NCBI GenBank assembly: GCA_031372065.1
Contig: JANMKN010000282.1
Coordinates: forward strand, 1 to 16,497
Length of the DNA stretch: 16,497 bases
Direction: 5' to 3'
Source of the DNA: Abditibacteriaceae bacterium
GTDB lineage: Bacteria > Armatimonadota > Abditibacteriia > Abditibacteriales > Abditibacteriaceae
Shown here: in pieces, positions 6,770 through 14,792 of the stretch
Layout: the number at the start of each line of letters is the position of its first letter
Position numbering within the stretch: the stretch's first letter is position 1
The notes under the pieces: generated by a model
What the model was told of the DNA's origin: nothing
Seen by the model: only the letters and a program-made list of their open reading frames with translations
Databases searched by the model: none
Program-made: the position numbers and the translations under genes

Positions 6770-8590
6770 ATGTCCCCAGCGGACGTAAAAGAAACGACTG
6801 CACAAGCAGTCAACGGAACGAATGGCGTAAATGGCACGACTCAGGAAAAGGTGGTGGGCGCGCTGCTTCCTTCGTCAACAAATGGCGTGGCGCCTCATGC
6901 GTTAAACGAGCGCGCGGCGATGGGAATGCAAAAGCATCCTATCACCAAATATCGCCCGTTTGCGCCGGTCGATTTGCCGGATCGAAAATGGCCGGACAAG
7001 CAAATCACGCGCGCGCCGGTTTGGTGCAGCGTGGATTTGCGCGATGGCAATCAGGCGCTGGCGATTCCGATGAGCGTGGACGAAAAGTTAGAAATGTTCC
7101 GGCTTTTGTGCGACATCGGTTTCAAGCAAATCGAAATCGGTTTTCCTTCGGCCAGCCAGATTGAATTCGATTTTTGCCGTCGCTTGATTGACGAAAACCT
7201 CATTCCCGATGATGTTTGGGTGCAGGTTTTGGTGCAGGCGCGCCCCGAACTGATTCGCCGCAGTTTTGAAGCCTTGCAAGGCGCAAAACAGGCGATCATT
7301 CACATCTACAACTCGACAAATCCGGCGCAGCGGCGCATTGTTTTCAACTTGTCCAAAGATGAAATTAAAAACATTGCGGTGCGCGGCGTAGAGCTTATTC
7401 GAGAACTGGCCGATGCCAATCCGCAAACGAACTGGGCGTTGGAATACTCGCCGGAAAGTTTCGTTTTAACCGAGTTGGATTACGCTTTGGAAGTGTGCGA
7501 AGCCGTATCAGCAACGTGGCAACCGACAACTGACAACAAAATCATTTTGAATTTGCCCGCGACGGTGGAAAGTTTCACGCCGAATGTCCACGCTGATCAA
7601 ATCGAATGGTTTTGTCGCCACATGAAAAACCGCGATTGCGCCACGATTTCGCTGCACACGCACAATGATCGCGGCACGGGCGTGGCGGCGACGGAACTCG
7701 CTTTGATGGCGGGCGCCGACCGCGTCGAAGGCACGCTTTTCGGCAACGGCGAGCGCACCGGGAATTTGGATGTGACCACAGTTGCGCTCAATCTTTACAC
7801 GCAAGGCGTTGACCCGCAATTGGATTTTTCGGATTTGCCGCTGATCCGCGATGTTTACGAACGCTGCACGCGTATGAGCGTTCACGAACGTCATCCGTAT
7901 GCGGGCGATTTGGTCTTTACGGCCTTTTCCGGCAGCCATCAGGACGCCATTAACAAAGGGTTTTCGGCGATGGAGCCATCGCCCGATGCCTTGTGGGAAG
8001 TGCCGTATTTGCCGCTTGACCCGAAGGACATAGGGCGCGATTATCAGGCGATTATTCGCTATAATTCGCAGTCCGGCAAAGGCGGCGCGGCGTTCATCAT
8101 GGAAAACAAGTTCGGCTTCACGCTGCCCAAAATGATGCGCGTGGAGTTCGGCAAAGTGATGAACGTTTTAGCCGACAAATTGGGCCGCGAAGTGGAAGAC
8201 ACGGAGATTTTCGAGGCTTTCGAGCACGAATATCTCGAACGTGATACGCCGCTCAAACTGGAAAAATTTCGCAATATTCCCACGCAAAGCGGCTCCATTG
8301 AATGTCGCGCTCATGTGCTGTGGAACGGCGAAGCCAAGGAATGGCGCGGCTACGGCAACGGTCCGATTGATGCCTTTGTCGAAGCCCTGCGCGATGCAAA
8401 TGTTTTGCAGTTTGATATTTTGAATTTCGCCGAACATTCGCTCGAAGGCGGAGCCGAAGCGCGCGCTGTGGCGTATATTCAAATCGGCCAGCCCGACGGT
8501 GCCACGTTTTACGGTGCGGCCATTGATACCAGCACCGTTTTGGCATCTGTCAAAGCCGTCGCCAGCGCCGTCAACCGCGCTCTTGCATAA
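6770..8590 (+). CDS. leuA: 2-isopropylmalate synthase (yeast/actinobacterial-type LeuA), 606 aa
   Basis: WCSVDLRDGNQAL, EYSPESF, NLPATVE, HTHNDRG, GNGERTGN, TAFSGSHQDAI and regulatory-domain GNGPIDA motifs. AAAGGAGG RBS. Low-complexity N-terminal extension. Confidence 0.97.
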   Translation: MSPADVKETTAQAVNGTNGVNGTTQEKVVGALLPSSTNGVAPHALNERAAMGMQKHPITKYRPFAPVDLPDRKWPDKQITRAPVWCSVDLRDGNQALAIPMSVDEKLEMFRLLCDIGFKQIEIGFPSASQIEFDFCRRLIDENLIPDDVWVQVLVQARPELIRRSFEALQGAKQAIIHIYNSTNPAQRRIVFNLSKDEIKNIAVRGVELIRELADANPQTNWALEYSPESFVLTELDYALEVCEAVSATWQPTTDNKIILNLPATVESFTPNVHADQIEWFCRHMKNRDCATISLHTHNDRGTGVAATELALMAGADRVEGTLFGNGERTGNLDVTTVALNLYTQGVDPQLDFSDLPLIRDVYERCTRMSVHERHPYAGDLVFTAFSGSHQDAINKGFSAMEPSPDALWEVPYLPLDPKDIGRDYQAIIRYNSQSGKGGAAFIMENKFGFTLPKMMRVEFGKVMNVLADKLGREVEDTEIFEAFEHEYLERDTPLKLEKFRNIPTQSGSIECRAHVLWNGEAKEWRGYGNGPIDAFVEALRDANVLQFDILNFAEHSLEGGAEARAVAYIQIGQPDGATFYGAAIDTSTVLASVKAVASAVNRALA

Positions 8591-8594
8591 ATTC

Positions 8595-8692
8595 ATAGAA
8601 CGCAAATTACGCAAACAGACGTGAATTTTCGCAAATCTTTTTCAAAAGAAATTTGCGTCAATTAGCGAAGATTCGCGTAATTTGCGTTCTAT
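8595..8692. repeat. CGCAAAT-type periodic inverted repeat
   Basis: Perfect 18-bp outer arms ATAGAACGCAAATTACGC / GCGTAATTTGCGTTCTAT; four CGCAAAT-like units per arm at 9-10-nt spacing. Confidence 0.85.
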
Positions 8693-8708
8693 TAAAATGA
8701 GGAAAACC

Positions 8709-10136
8709 ATGTCGAAACCAAAAACGCTGTTTGAAAAACTCTGGGACGCGCACGTTGTGCATGAAGAAAACGGGCGCGCTCTGCTTTATATTGATTTGCA
8801 CCTCGTTCACGAAGTCACTTCGCCACAGGCTTTTGAAGGCTTGCGCTTGACGAACCGCAAAGTGCGCCGCCCTGAACTGACGCTCGCCACGATGGATCAT
8901 AACGTGCCGACAACAGATCGCTCTTTGCCGATTGCTGATGCAATTTCAGCCAAGCAAATGGCGACGCTGACGGAAAACTGCCGCGAATTTGGCGTGACGT
9001 GTTACGGTTTGGGCGACCCTCGTCAAGGTATCGTTCACGTTATTGGGCCGGAGCAGGGCTTTACGCAACCCGGCATGACGATTGTCTGCGGCGACTCGCA
9101 TACCGCCACGCATGGCGCGTTCGGCGCCCTTGCATTTGGCATTGGCACCAGTGAAGTCGAACACGTTTTAGCCACGCAAACCTTGCCGCAAAGCAAGCCG
9201 AAGACGATGGAAATCCGCGTCGAAGGCAACGGCCCATTGCCCTCTGGCGTGACGGCCAAAGACATTATTCTGGCTATCATCGGCAAAATCGGCACGGCGG
9301 GCGCGACGGGTTACGTCATCGAATATACGGGTGCGCCGATTCGTGCGCTTTCGATGGAAGCGCGCATGACGATTTGCAACATGAGCATCGAAGCCGGTGC
9401 CCGCGCCGGTTTAATCGCGCCGGACGAAACGACGTTTCGCTATTTGGAAGGCCGCGACCGCGCGCCCCAAGGCGCCGATTGGGACGAAGCTATCGCGTGG
9501 TGGCAAACGCTGCCAACGGACGAAGGCGCGACTTACGATGAAACGGTGATTTTGACTGCCGCCGATTTAGCGCCACAAGTGTCGTGGGGCACCAATCCCG
9601 GCCAGTGCTTGCCGATTACGGCTAATGTGCCTTCACCGGAAGATTTCTCCGATGAAACCGACCGCAAATCCTGCGCGCGGGCTTTGGAATATATGGGATT
9701 GGAAGCTGGAACGCCGCTCAATGGATTGCCTTTGGAGCGCGTTTTTATCGGCTCTTGCACCAACGGGCGCATCGAAGATTTGCGCTTGGCGGCGCATTTG
9801 GCCGACGGCAAAAAAGTGTCGCCGAATATTCACGCCATGATTGTGCCGGGCAGCGGGCTGGTGAAAATTCAAGCCGAAAAAGAAGGCTTGGACAAGATTT
9901 TTAAAGACGCCGGTTTCGATTGGCGTGAGGCCGGATGCTCGATGTGTTTGGGCATGAACCCGGATATTCTTTCGCCCGGCCAGCGTTGCGCCTCAACTTC
10001 AAATCGCAACTTTGAAGGCCGTCAGGGCAAGGGCGGGCGCACCCATTTGGTCAGCGTGCCAATGGCTGTCGCCGCCGCCATTGAAGGCAAACTTGTGGAC
10101 GTGCGCGATTGGGACAAGCAGAACAAGGGGAAGTAA
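8709..10136 (+). CDS. leuC: 3-isopropylmalate dehydratase large subunit
   Basis: [44 protein letters not shown] and [12 protein letters not shown] motifs. Start set at ATG 8709 after GAGGA. Confidence 0.98.
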   Translation: MSKPKTLFEKLWDAHVVHEENGRALLYIDLHLVHEVTSPQAFEGLRLTNRKVRRPELTLATMDHNVPTTDRSLPIADAISAKQMATLTENCREFGVTCYGLGDPRQGIVHVIGPEQGFTQPGMTIVCGDSHTATHGAFGALAFGIGTSEVEHVLATQTLPQSKPKTMEIRVEGNGPLPSGVTAKDIILAIIGKIGTAGATGYVIEYTGAPIRALSMEARMTICNMSIEAGARAGLIAPDETTFRYLEGRDRAPQGADWDEAIAWWQTLPTDEGATYDETVILTAADLAPQVSWGTNPGQCLPITANVPSPEDFSDETDRKSCARALEYMGLEAGTPLNGLPLERVFIGSCTNGRIEDLRLAAHLADGKKVSPNIHAMIVPGSGLVKIQAEKEGLDKIFKDAGFDWREAGCSMCLGMNPDILSPGQRCASTSNRNFEGRQGKGGRTHLVSVPMAVAAAIEGKLVDVRDWDKQNKGK

Positions 10137-10137
10137 T

Positions 10138-10270
10138 TTCACCGCAGAGGACGCAAAGAGCGCGGAGAAAATTCAGAGTAGGGAGATGAGAACGAAGGTG
10201 AAAGTTAAATCTCGTTTCCCGTTTCTTATCTCTCATAAATCTCTGCGAACTCCGCGTCCTCTGTGGTGAA
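10138..10270. repeat. CGCAGAG-type 9-nt-period inverted repeat
   Basis: 31-bp arms at 10138-10168 and 10240-10270 (25/31 complementary), plus an inner purine/pyrimidine stem. Confidence 0.85.
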
Positions 10271-10284
10271 TTAAAAGGATTCTC

Positions 10285-10899
10285 ATGCAAGCATTTAAAA
10301 CATTGACGGGCATTGCGGCGCCCCTTGATCGCGCCAATGTGGATACCGATCAGATTATTCCCAAGCAGTTTCTCAAGCGCATTGAGCGCACTGGCTTTGG
10401 GCAGTTTTTATTTTACGATTGGCGCTACGAAGCCGATGGCATCACGCCCAATCCGAGTTTTGAACTCAACGCGCCCGCGTTGAAAGGCGCGACGGTTCTC
10501 ATCGCAGGGCGCAATTTTGGCAGCGGCTCCTCGCGCGAACACGCGCCGTGGGCGCTGGACGATTACGGTTTTCGCTGCGTTATCGCGCCCAGTTATGCCG
10601 ATATTTTTTACAACAACTGCTTTCAAAACGGGCTGTTGCCCATCACTTTGCCCGAAGAACAAGTGGCGCAGTTGATGAAAAAAGCGCAAGCAAAGCTGGG
10701 CTATCAAGTGACCATTGATTTACCCGCGCAAACCATTGAAGGCGAAGACGGACTACAGTTTTCCTTTGAGATTGACCAGTTTCGCAAGCATCGCTTGGAA
10801 AACGGTTTGGACGACATCGGCATGACGCTGCAAAACGAAAGCGACATTACGCGCTTCGAGCAGTCGCGCCCAACCTACAAACCGAGTTTGGCAGCTTAG
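10285..10899 (+). CDS. leuD: 3-isopropylmalate dehydratase small subunit
   Basis: [37 protein letters not shown] and GLDDIG motifs. Confidence 0.98.
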   Translation: MQAFKTLTGIAAPLDRANVDTDQIIPKQFLKRIERTGFGQFLFYDWRYEADGITPNPSFELNAPALKGATVLIAGRNFGSGSSREHAPWALDDYGFRCVIAPSYADIFYNNCFQNGLLPITLPEEQVAQLMKKAQAKLGYQVTIDLPAQTIEGEDGLQFSFEIDQFRKHRLENGLDDIGMTLQNESDITRFEQSRPTYKPSLAA

Positions 10900-10905
10900 A
10901 AATCC

Positions 10906-10968
10906 GGGCAGAAAGCAGAAGGGGCACAGAGATTTTCATTTTCTCTGGGCCATTTCTGCTTTCTGCCC
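10906..10968. repeat. GCAGAAA heptamer inverted repeat between convergent genes; possible terminator or 3'-end stabiliser
   Basis: Perfect 15-bp arms GGGCAGAAAGCAGAA / TTCTGCTTTCTGCCC plus an inner stem; no clear U-tail. Confidence 0.75.
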
Positions 10969-11591
10969 TACGCTTTATAAATCTTTGAGTAAGGAAATTC
11001 CAGAGTTAAAATGGGGCGCGGGCCATCAGCGAGCAAAGGAAAGGTGTCGTGAAATTCAATTTCACGCCCACCGGAAAATTTCCACGTTGCCGTCCAACCT
11101 TCCGCCTCCGGCCCGCCTTCTTCGCCGGTGTTTTCGCTTTTAGCTGCTTTGCCCAACGTTTTGCTCAACGCGTCCACATAGCGCTTGGTGAAATTCGTCA
11201 AGGCGCCGCGTTTTTCGCTTTTTACATCGGGGCCAAGGAAAATTTCGACATAGTGAAAGCCATCGCTTGCCAAGAGCGGCGACGTTTTCAAAAACGGCGG
11301 CGGTGGCGGCGCGCCCGGCTTGCGGGCGGAAACTTTGCGCTGATTGGCGAAAACGAATTGCCCTTTCAGCGGCCCGCGAAACGGCTGCGTGATGAAATTC
11401 CAGCCGCTAATAGAAGCTGTGCCTTGGTCGTCCCATTTTGTGCCTTTGGGCATAAGCTTTTTAAGTTGCGCCAACGTCGCACGCGGCGGCAATTTCTTCA
11501 GCAGTGCCGAAGCTCGCGCAATTGTTGCGTTGTCCTGAGCCAAGGCGGGTAGGGCACACGCCAAAAGCGCCACTAAAATTAGTTTCTTCAT
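10968..11591 (-). CDS. Hypothetical secreted protein, 207 aa, Sec signal peptide
   Basis: MKKLILVALLACALPALA|QD is a classic signal peptide. AGGAGG RBS; ATG 11591 overlaps the cimA stop (ATGA). Confidence 0.85.
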   Translation of the reverse strand: MKKLILVALLACALPALAQDNATIARASALLKKLPPRATLAQLKKLMPKGTKWDDQGTASISGWNFITQPFRGPLKGQFVFANQRKVSARKPGAPPPPPFLKTSPLLASDGFHYVEIFLGPDVKSEKRGALTNFTKRYVDALSKTLGKAAKSENTGEEGGPEAEGWTATWKFSGGREIEFHDTFPLLADGPRPILTLEFPYSKIYKA

Positions 11592-13177
11592 TTTCCTCCT
11601 TGCGCGACGGTTAAACCGTATTCGACGGCTTCGGTCAGCGCCTGCCAACTGGCTTCGATGATGTTTGTAGACACGCCGACGGTGTTCCACGTTTGCTCGG
11701 CGTTACCGCTTTCGATCAGCACGCGCACTTTGGCCGCCGTGCCTTCGCGCGTGTTGACGACGCGCACTTTGAAATCGGTCAAGCGAATTTCGGACATTTC
11801 AGGATAAAAACGGCTGATTGCCAAACGCAAAGCGTTGTCCAAAGCGTGAACCGGGCCGTCACCTTCGGCAACGGTGTGCATGATTTCGCCGTTGACAGCA
11901 ATTTTGAGGGTCGCTTCGGTGATCCATTCGCTGTCAGAGGCTTTGCCGCGCCACTCGTTGATGACGCGCACGCCGCGCAAATCAAAAAGCTGCTCTTTGT
12001 GGCCTAAAGTGCGGCGCACCAAAAGCTGAAAACTGGCATCGGCGCCTTCAAATTCATAGCCTTCGGATTCCAAACGCTTGACTTCTTTGAGAACCGCGCC
12101 CGCTTCTGTGCCGCCTTTTTCGAGATTGAAACCGAAACTTTCGGCCACGCCGCGCACGTTGGAGGTGCCGGATAATTCGGAAACCAAAATGCGCCGTTCG
12201 TTGCCGACGCTTTGCGGGTCAATATGCTCATAAGCGCGGCCTCCGGCTTTTTGCACGGCATCAACGTGCATTCCGCCTTTGTGAGCGAAAACCGAGCGCC
12301 CAACAAACGGCTGGCGTTCATTCGGTGTCAGGTTCGCCACTTCTGAAACGAAGTGCGACAAATGCGTCAGTTGGCCGAGTTTTTCGGTGGGCAAAACCTC
12401 GTAGCCCATTTTTAATTGCAAGTTGGCGATGACCGAAATCAAATTGCAGTTGCCGCAACGTTCGCCGAACCCGTTGACCACGCCTTGCACTTGCGAGGCG
12501 CCCACTTGCACCGCCGAAAGCGCGTTTGCCACGCCGAGTTCGCAATCGTTATGCGTGTGAATGCCAACCGCAACGCCCAATTTGGCTTTTACAACGCGCA
12601 CAGCCTCGGCCACGAAATCGGGCAGGGTGCCGCCGTTGGTGTCGCAAAGAACCAGTGTTTCGGCGCCGCCTTCGGCTGCCGCGCTCAGAACCTTCAAGGC
12701 ATAATCGGGATTGGCTTTGTAGCCATCAAAAAAGTGTTCGGCATCGAAGAAAACGCGCCGCCCTTCGGAAACCATGAGGCGCACACTGTCTTCGATCATG
12801 CGCAGGTTTTCATCCAAAGGAATGCGCAAGGCTTCTGTGACATGAAAATCCCACGTCTTGCCGACCAGCGTCACGCCGGGCGTTTTGGCGGCGAGAATTT
12901 TTTGCAAATTCAAATCGTCGCGTGCTTTGATATTGGCGCGGCGCGTCATCGAAAAGGCGCACAGAACGGCGTTTTTGAAGCTGTGCTTCTGCGCCAACGC
13001 GAAGAAATCCTCGTCTTTGGGATTACTGCCCGGCCAGCCGCCTTCGATGAAATGGATGCCAAATTCATCCAAACGCGCCGCGATTTTCAATTTGTCGGCG
13101 ACGGAAAACGAGATGCCTTCGGCCTGCGCCCCATCGCGCAATGTCGTGTCGTAAAGAAAAACCTGTTGCTTGTCCAT
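11588..13177 (-). CDS. cimA: Citramalate synthase (bacterial CimA, DRE-TIM family), 529 aa
   Basis: YDTTLRDGAQAEG, IEGGWPGSNPKD, GKTWDFHV, FFDAEHFFDGYK, LCDTNGG, GERCGN, FAHKGGMH and GDGPVHALD motifs. EGGWPGSNPKD and DAEHFFDGY distinguish CimA from LeuA. Confidence 0.93.
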   Translation of the reverse strand: MDKQQVFLYDTTLRDGAQAEGISFSVADKLKIAARLDEFGIHFIEGGWPGSNPKDEDFFALAQKHSFKNAVLCAFSMTRRANIKARDDLNLQKILAAKTPGVTLVGKTWDFHVTEALRIPLDENLRMIEDSVRLMVSEGRRVFFDAEHFFDGYKANPDYALKVLSAAAEGGAETLVLCDTNGGTLPDFVAEAVRVVKAKLGVAVGIHTHNDCELGVANALSAVQVGASQVQGVVNGFGERCGNCNLISVIANLQLKMGYEVLPTEKLGQLTHLSHFVSEVANLTPNERQPFVGRSVFAHKGGMHVDAVQKAGGRAYEHIDPQSVGNERRILVSELSGTSNVRGVAESFGFNLEKGGTEAGAVLKEVKRLESEGYEFEGADASFQLLVRRTLGHKEQLFDLRGVRVINEWRGKASDSEWITEATLKIAVNGEIMHTVAEGDGPVHALDNALRLAISRFYPEMSEIRLTDFKVRVVNTREGTAAKVRVLIESGNAEQTWNTVGVSTNIIEASWQALTEAVEYGLTVAQGGK

Positions 13178-13188
13178 AAATTCCTGTG

Positions 13189-13277
13189 GGGTTTGGTCTT
13201 AGTTTTTTGGACTTTGGGAGAGAGCCTCTTGCGTCTTAATTTTATAAACCAAGACCCAAAACCCAAAGCCAAAAACC
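13189..13277. repeat. Degenerate CCAAAAC heptamer inverted repeat in the cimA 5' UTR
   Basis: GGGTTTG-GTCTTAG-TTTTTTG-GACTTTG (13189-13216) versus CCAAGAC-CCAAAAC-CCAAAGC-CAAAAAC (13249-13276). Confidence 0.65.
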
Positions 13278-13284
13278 TATTCGC

Positions 13285-13330
13285 AAACACAAAAACGCCC
13301 GCTGCCAAGTTTCGATTTTGGCAGCGGGCG
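13285..13330 (-). terminator. Attenuator terminator upstream of cimA
   Basis: Perfect 13-bp stem CGCCCGCTGCCAA / TTGGCAGCGGGCG followed on the - strand by UUUUUGUGUUU. Confidence 0.88.
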
Positions 13331-13380
13331 CGGGGATGATTCGTTCGAGAGCGAGCGGGCGCGAAAGTCACGAAACAACA

Positions 13381-13440
13381 TCACCGGGCGAGGGCTGCCG
13401 GAGATATAATTCGTATAATTCGCAAATCCAATGGTCGCAT
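13381..13440 (-). CDS. Putative Ile-sensing leader peptide MRPLDLRIIRIISPAALAR (19 aa)
   Basis: ATG CGA CCA TTG GAT TTG CGA ATT ATA CGA ATT ATA TCT CCG GCA GCC CTC GCC CGG TGA; four Ile codons within five positions; lies between the promoter and the terminator. Confidence 0.8.
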   Translation of the reverse strand: MRPLDLRIIRIISPAALAR

Positions 13441-13448
13441 CGCAAAAG

Positions 13449-13477
13449 ATTATAAAAGCGTTGAACGATTTTAGCAA
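13449..13477 (-). promoter_or_regulatory. Sigma70 promoter of the cimA leader
   Basis: TTGCTA (13477-13472), 17-nt spacer, TATAAT (13454-13449). Confidence 0.8.
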
Positions 13478-13505
13478 GCCTCTTTTCGCACCGAAGCTAA
13501 TTCAC

Positions 13506-14063
13506 TCAATAGCCGTAGCCGCCTAAATCAATGTCGCCGTCCGGCCACGCGAAAGCGGCGGGATAAATCATAATATGCGGGCCGCTCTGCCACGGATTAG
13601 CGGCGGGCGTGGCGCTTTTGCTGTCGAAAAAGCGATTAAACACCTCGCGAGAGCCCAGTTTTTGATAAAAACCCGGCACGCCGGTTTGAAAAAGAATAAC
13701 CGGAAAGGTGCCATCGTGGACGCGGTCAAAAGCGCCTTGCACGATCAGGCGTCCGAAGCCGTTGCCTTGCAAATCGGGCCGCGTCAAAACGGAGGCTAAG
13801 GCGCCCACCGTGAGCGGGCCGCTCGGCGTGATAATTTCACGGGCAAACAAGCGTCCGAAGGCTAATATCTCTTCGTCTCGCCGCACCATGTAAAGTTCGG
13901 CATCGTCTTCGACATAGCGCGTTTTGGCCCGCGCGCCGAATTCTTCCATCGTAATCGGCTCGGATGGCGGCCAGACAGTGTTGCGCAGGTGCGCCAAGGC
14001 TGTCCAAAAGGCATCGTTTTCCATGTTGCGTGCAGGGACGCGGTGTAATTGGGCTTGCATCAT
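13506..14063 (-). CDS. GNAT-family N-acetyltransferase, 185 aa
   Basis: Motif A LASVLTRPDLQGNGFGRLIV and C-terminal PGFYQKLG. Confidence 0.85.
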   Translation of the reverse strand: MMQAQLHRVPARNMENDAFWTALAHLRNTVWPPSEPITMEEFGARAKTRYVEDDAELYMVRRDEEILAFGRLFAREIITPSGPLTVGALASVLTRPDLQGNGFGRLIVQGAFDRVHDGTFPVILFQTGVPGFYQKLGSREVFNRFFDSKSATPAANPWQSGPHIMIYPAAFAWPDGDIDLGGYGY

Positions 14064-14105
14064 TCAATAATCAAGTGTGCATGAGCAAAAAGAGGCACAT
14101 TAGAT

Positions 14106-14134
14106 ATTATAAGACACTCGGAACCTCTTGTCGG
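14106..14134 (-). promoter_or_regulatory. Candidate promoter for the GNAT gene, overlapping the first 21-bp repeat
   Basis: CCGACA (14134-14129), 17-nt spacer, TATAAT (14111-14106), 42 nt before the ATG. Confidence 0.45.
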
Positions 14135-14322
14135 ATACTCGGAACCTCTTGTCGGACACTCGGAACCTCTTATCGGATACTCGGAACCTCTTGTCGGATA
14201 CTCGGAACCTCTTATCGGACACTTTGAATCTCTTGTCAGATACTTGGAATCTTATGTAAGACACTCGGAACCTTATATAAGCTACTCAGAAACTAATATT
14301 AGCCACTCAGAGACTAATAAAT
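14113..14322. repeat. Tandem array of ten 21-bp units, consensus GAYACTCGGAACCTCTTRTCG, degenerating rightwards
   Basis: Units start at 14113, 14134, 14155, 14176 and 14197 (differing at only 2 positions), then 14218, 14239, 14260, 14281 and 14302 (increasingly diverged). No spacers or indels. Confidence 0.95.
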
Positions 14323-14472
14323 CTGTGTTTTAGAAAAGTAAAAATTTGTTGTAATACGAGCTAACTATCCACTATAAGATTCCAAGTGCTACATGACAGA
14401 CAGACAGATGTTTTTAAGACTGCCCCATAATACACTGTGCATTCGACAGGACAAAATACGGTTTAAAATAGG

Positions 14473-14621
14473 TATAGCACTTAACGCAGAGAAAACTACA
14501 GAGCTTATAGCGGGGCTGTCGCCCTCTTCCAAACGGGCAGGCGCAAATTACAAAGGAACAACTCGTTTGGAAGAGAGCGTTAGCTCCGCTTGTTATAGTC
14601 TTCAGTCCATTAAGCGCTATA
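14473..14621. repeat. Long imperfect inverted repeat, ~150 bp
   Basis: Inner arms 14509-14537 / 14562-14590 with core CTCTTCCAAACG / CGTTTGGAAGAG; outer arms TATAGCACTTAA / TTAAGCGCTATA. Confidence 0.8.
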
Positions 14622-14792
14622 ATAAGCGCTTCTTTTTGTGCCAATTTCTGCATTAGGTCACTCCGCGAGAAGTGTCAGGCCGTGCGGCATGAGGAAAAGA
14701 GTTCGCAGGGACATGATAAATCACGTCCTTTCGTATCGCGGATACCCGAAAATTGCTCAGGCGATGGTGCGGCAGGAAAAAGTAGTGTTGTT

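Noticed and set aside
11588..13177. Second leuA
   Set aside because: The EGGWPGSNPKD and DAEHFFDGY signatures and the Ile-rich leader indicate CimA.
12416..13339. 307-aa + strand ORF and other long antisense ORFs over ilvC, leuA, leuC and hflX
   Set aside because: Shadow frames of well-supported genes, with no motifs of their own.
13964..14227. 87-aa ORF with TLGTSCR repeats
   Set aside because: It overlaps the GNAT gene on the opposite strand and stops inside unit 6; its periodicity is a by-product of the DNA repeat.
14113..14322. CRISPR or TIGR-like guide array
   Set aside because: Units are contiguous with no unique spacers, variation is limited to point substitutions, and no cas-like gene is in the window.
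14393..14656. Opposing 87-aa and 79-aa ORFs
   Set aside because: No recognisable motifs, and they coincide with a long palindrome; cannot be supported as genes.
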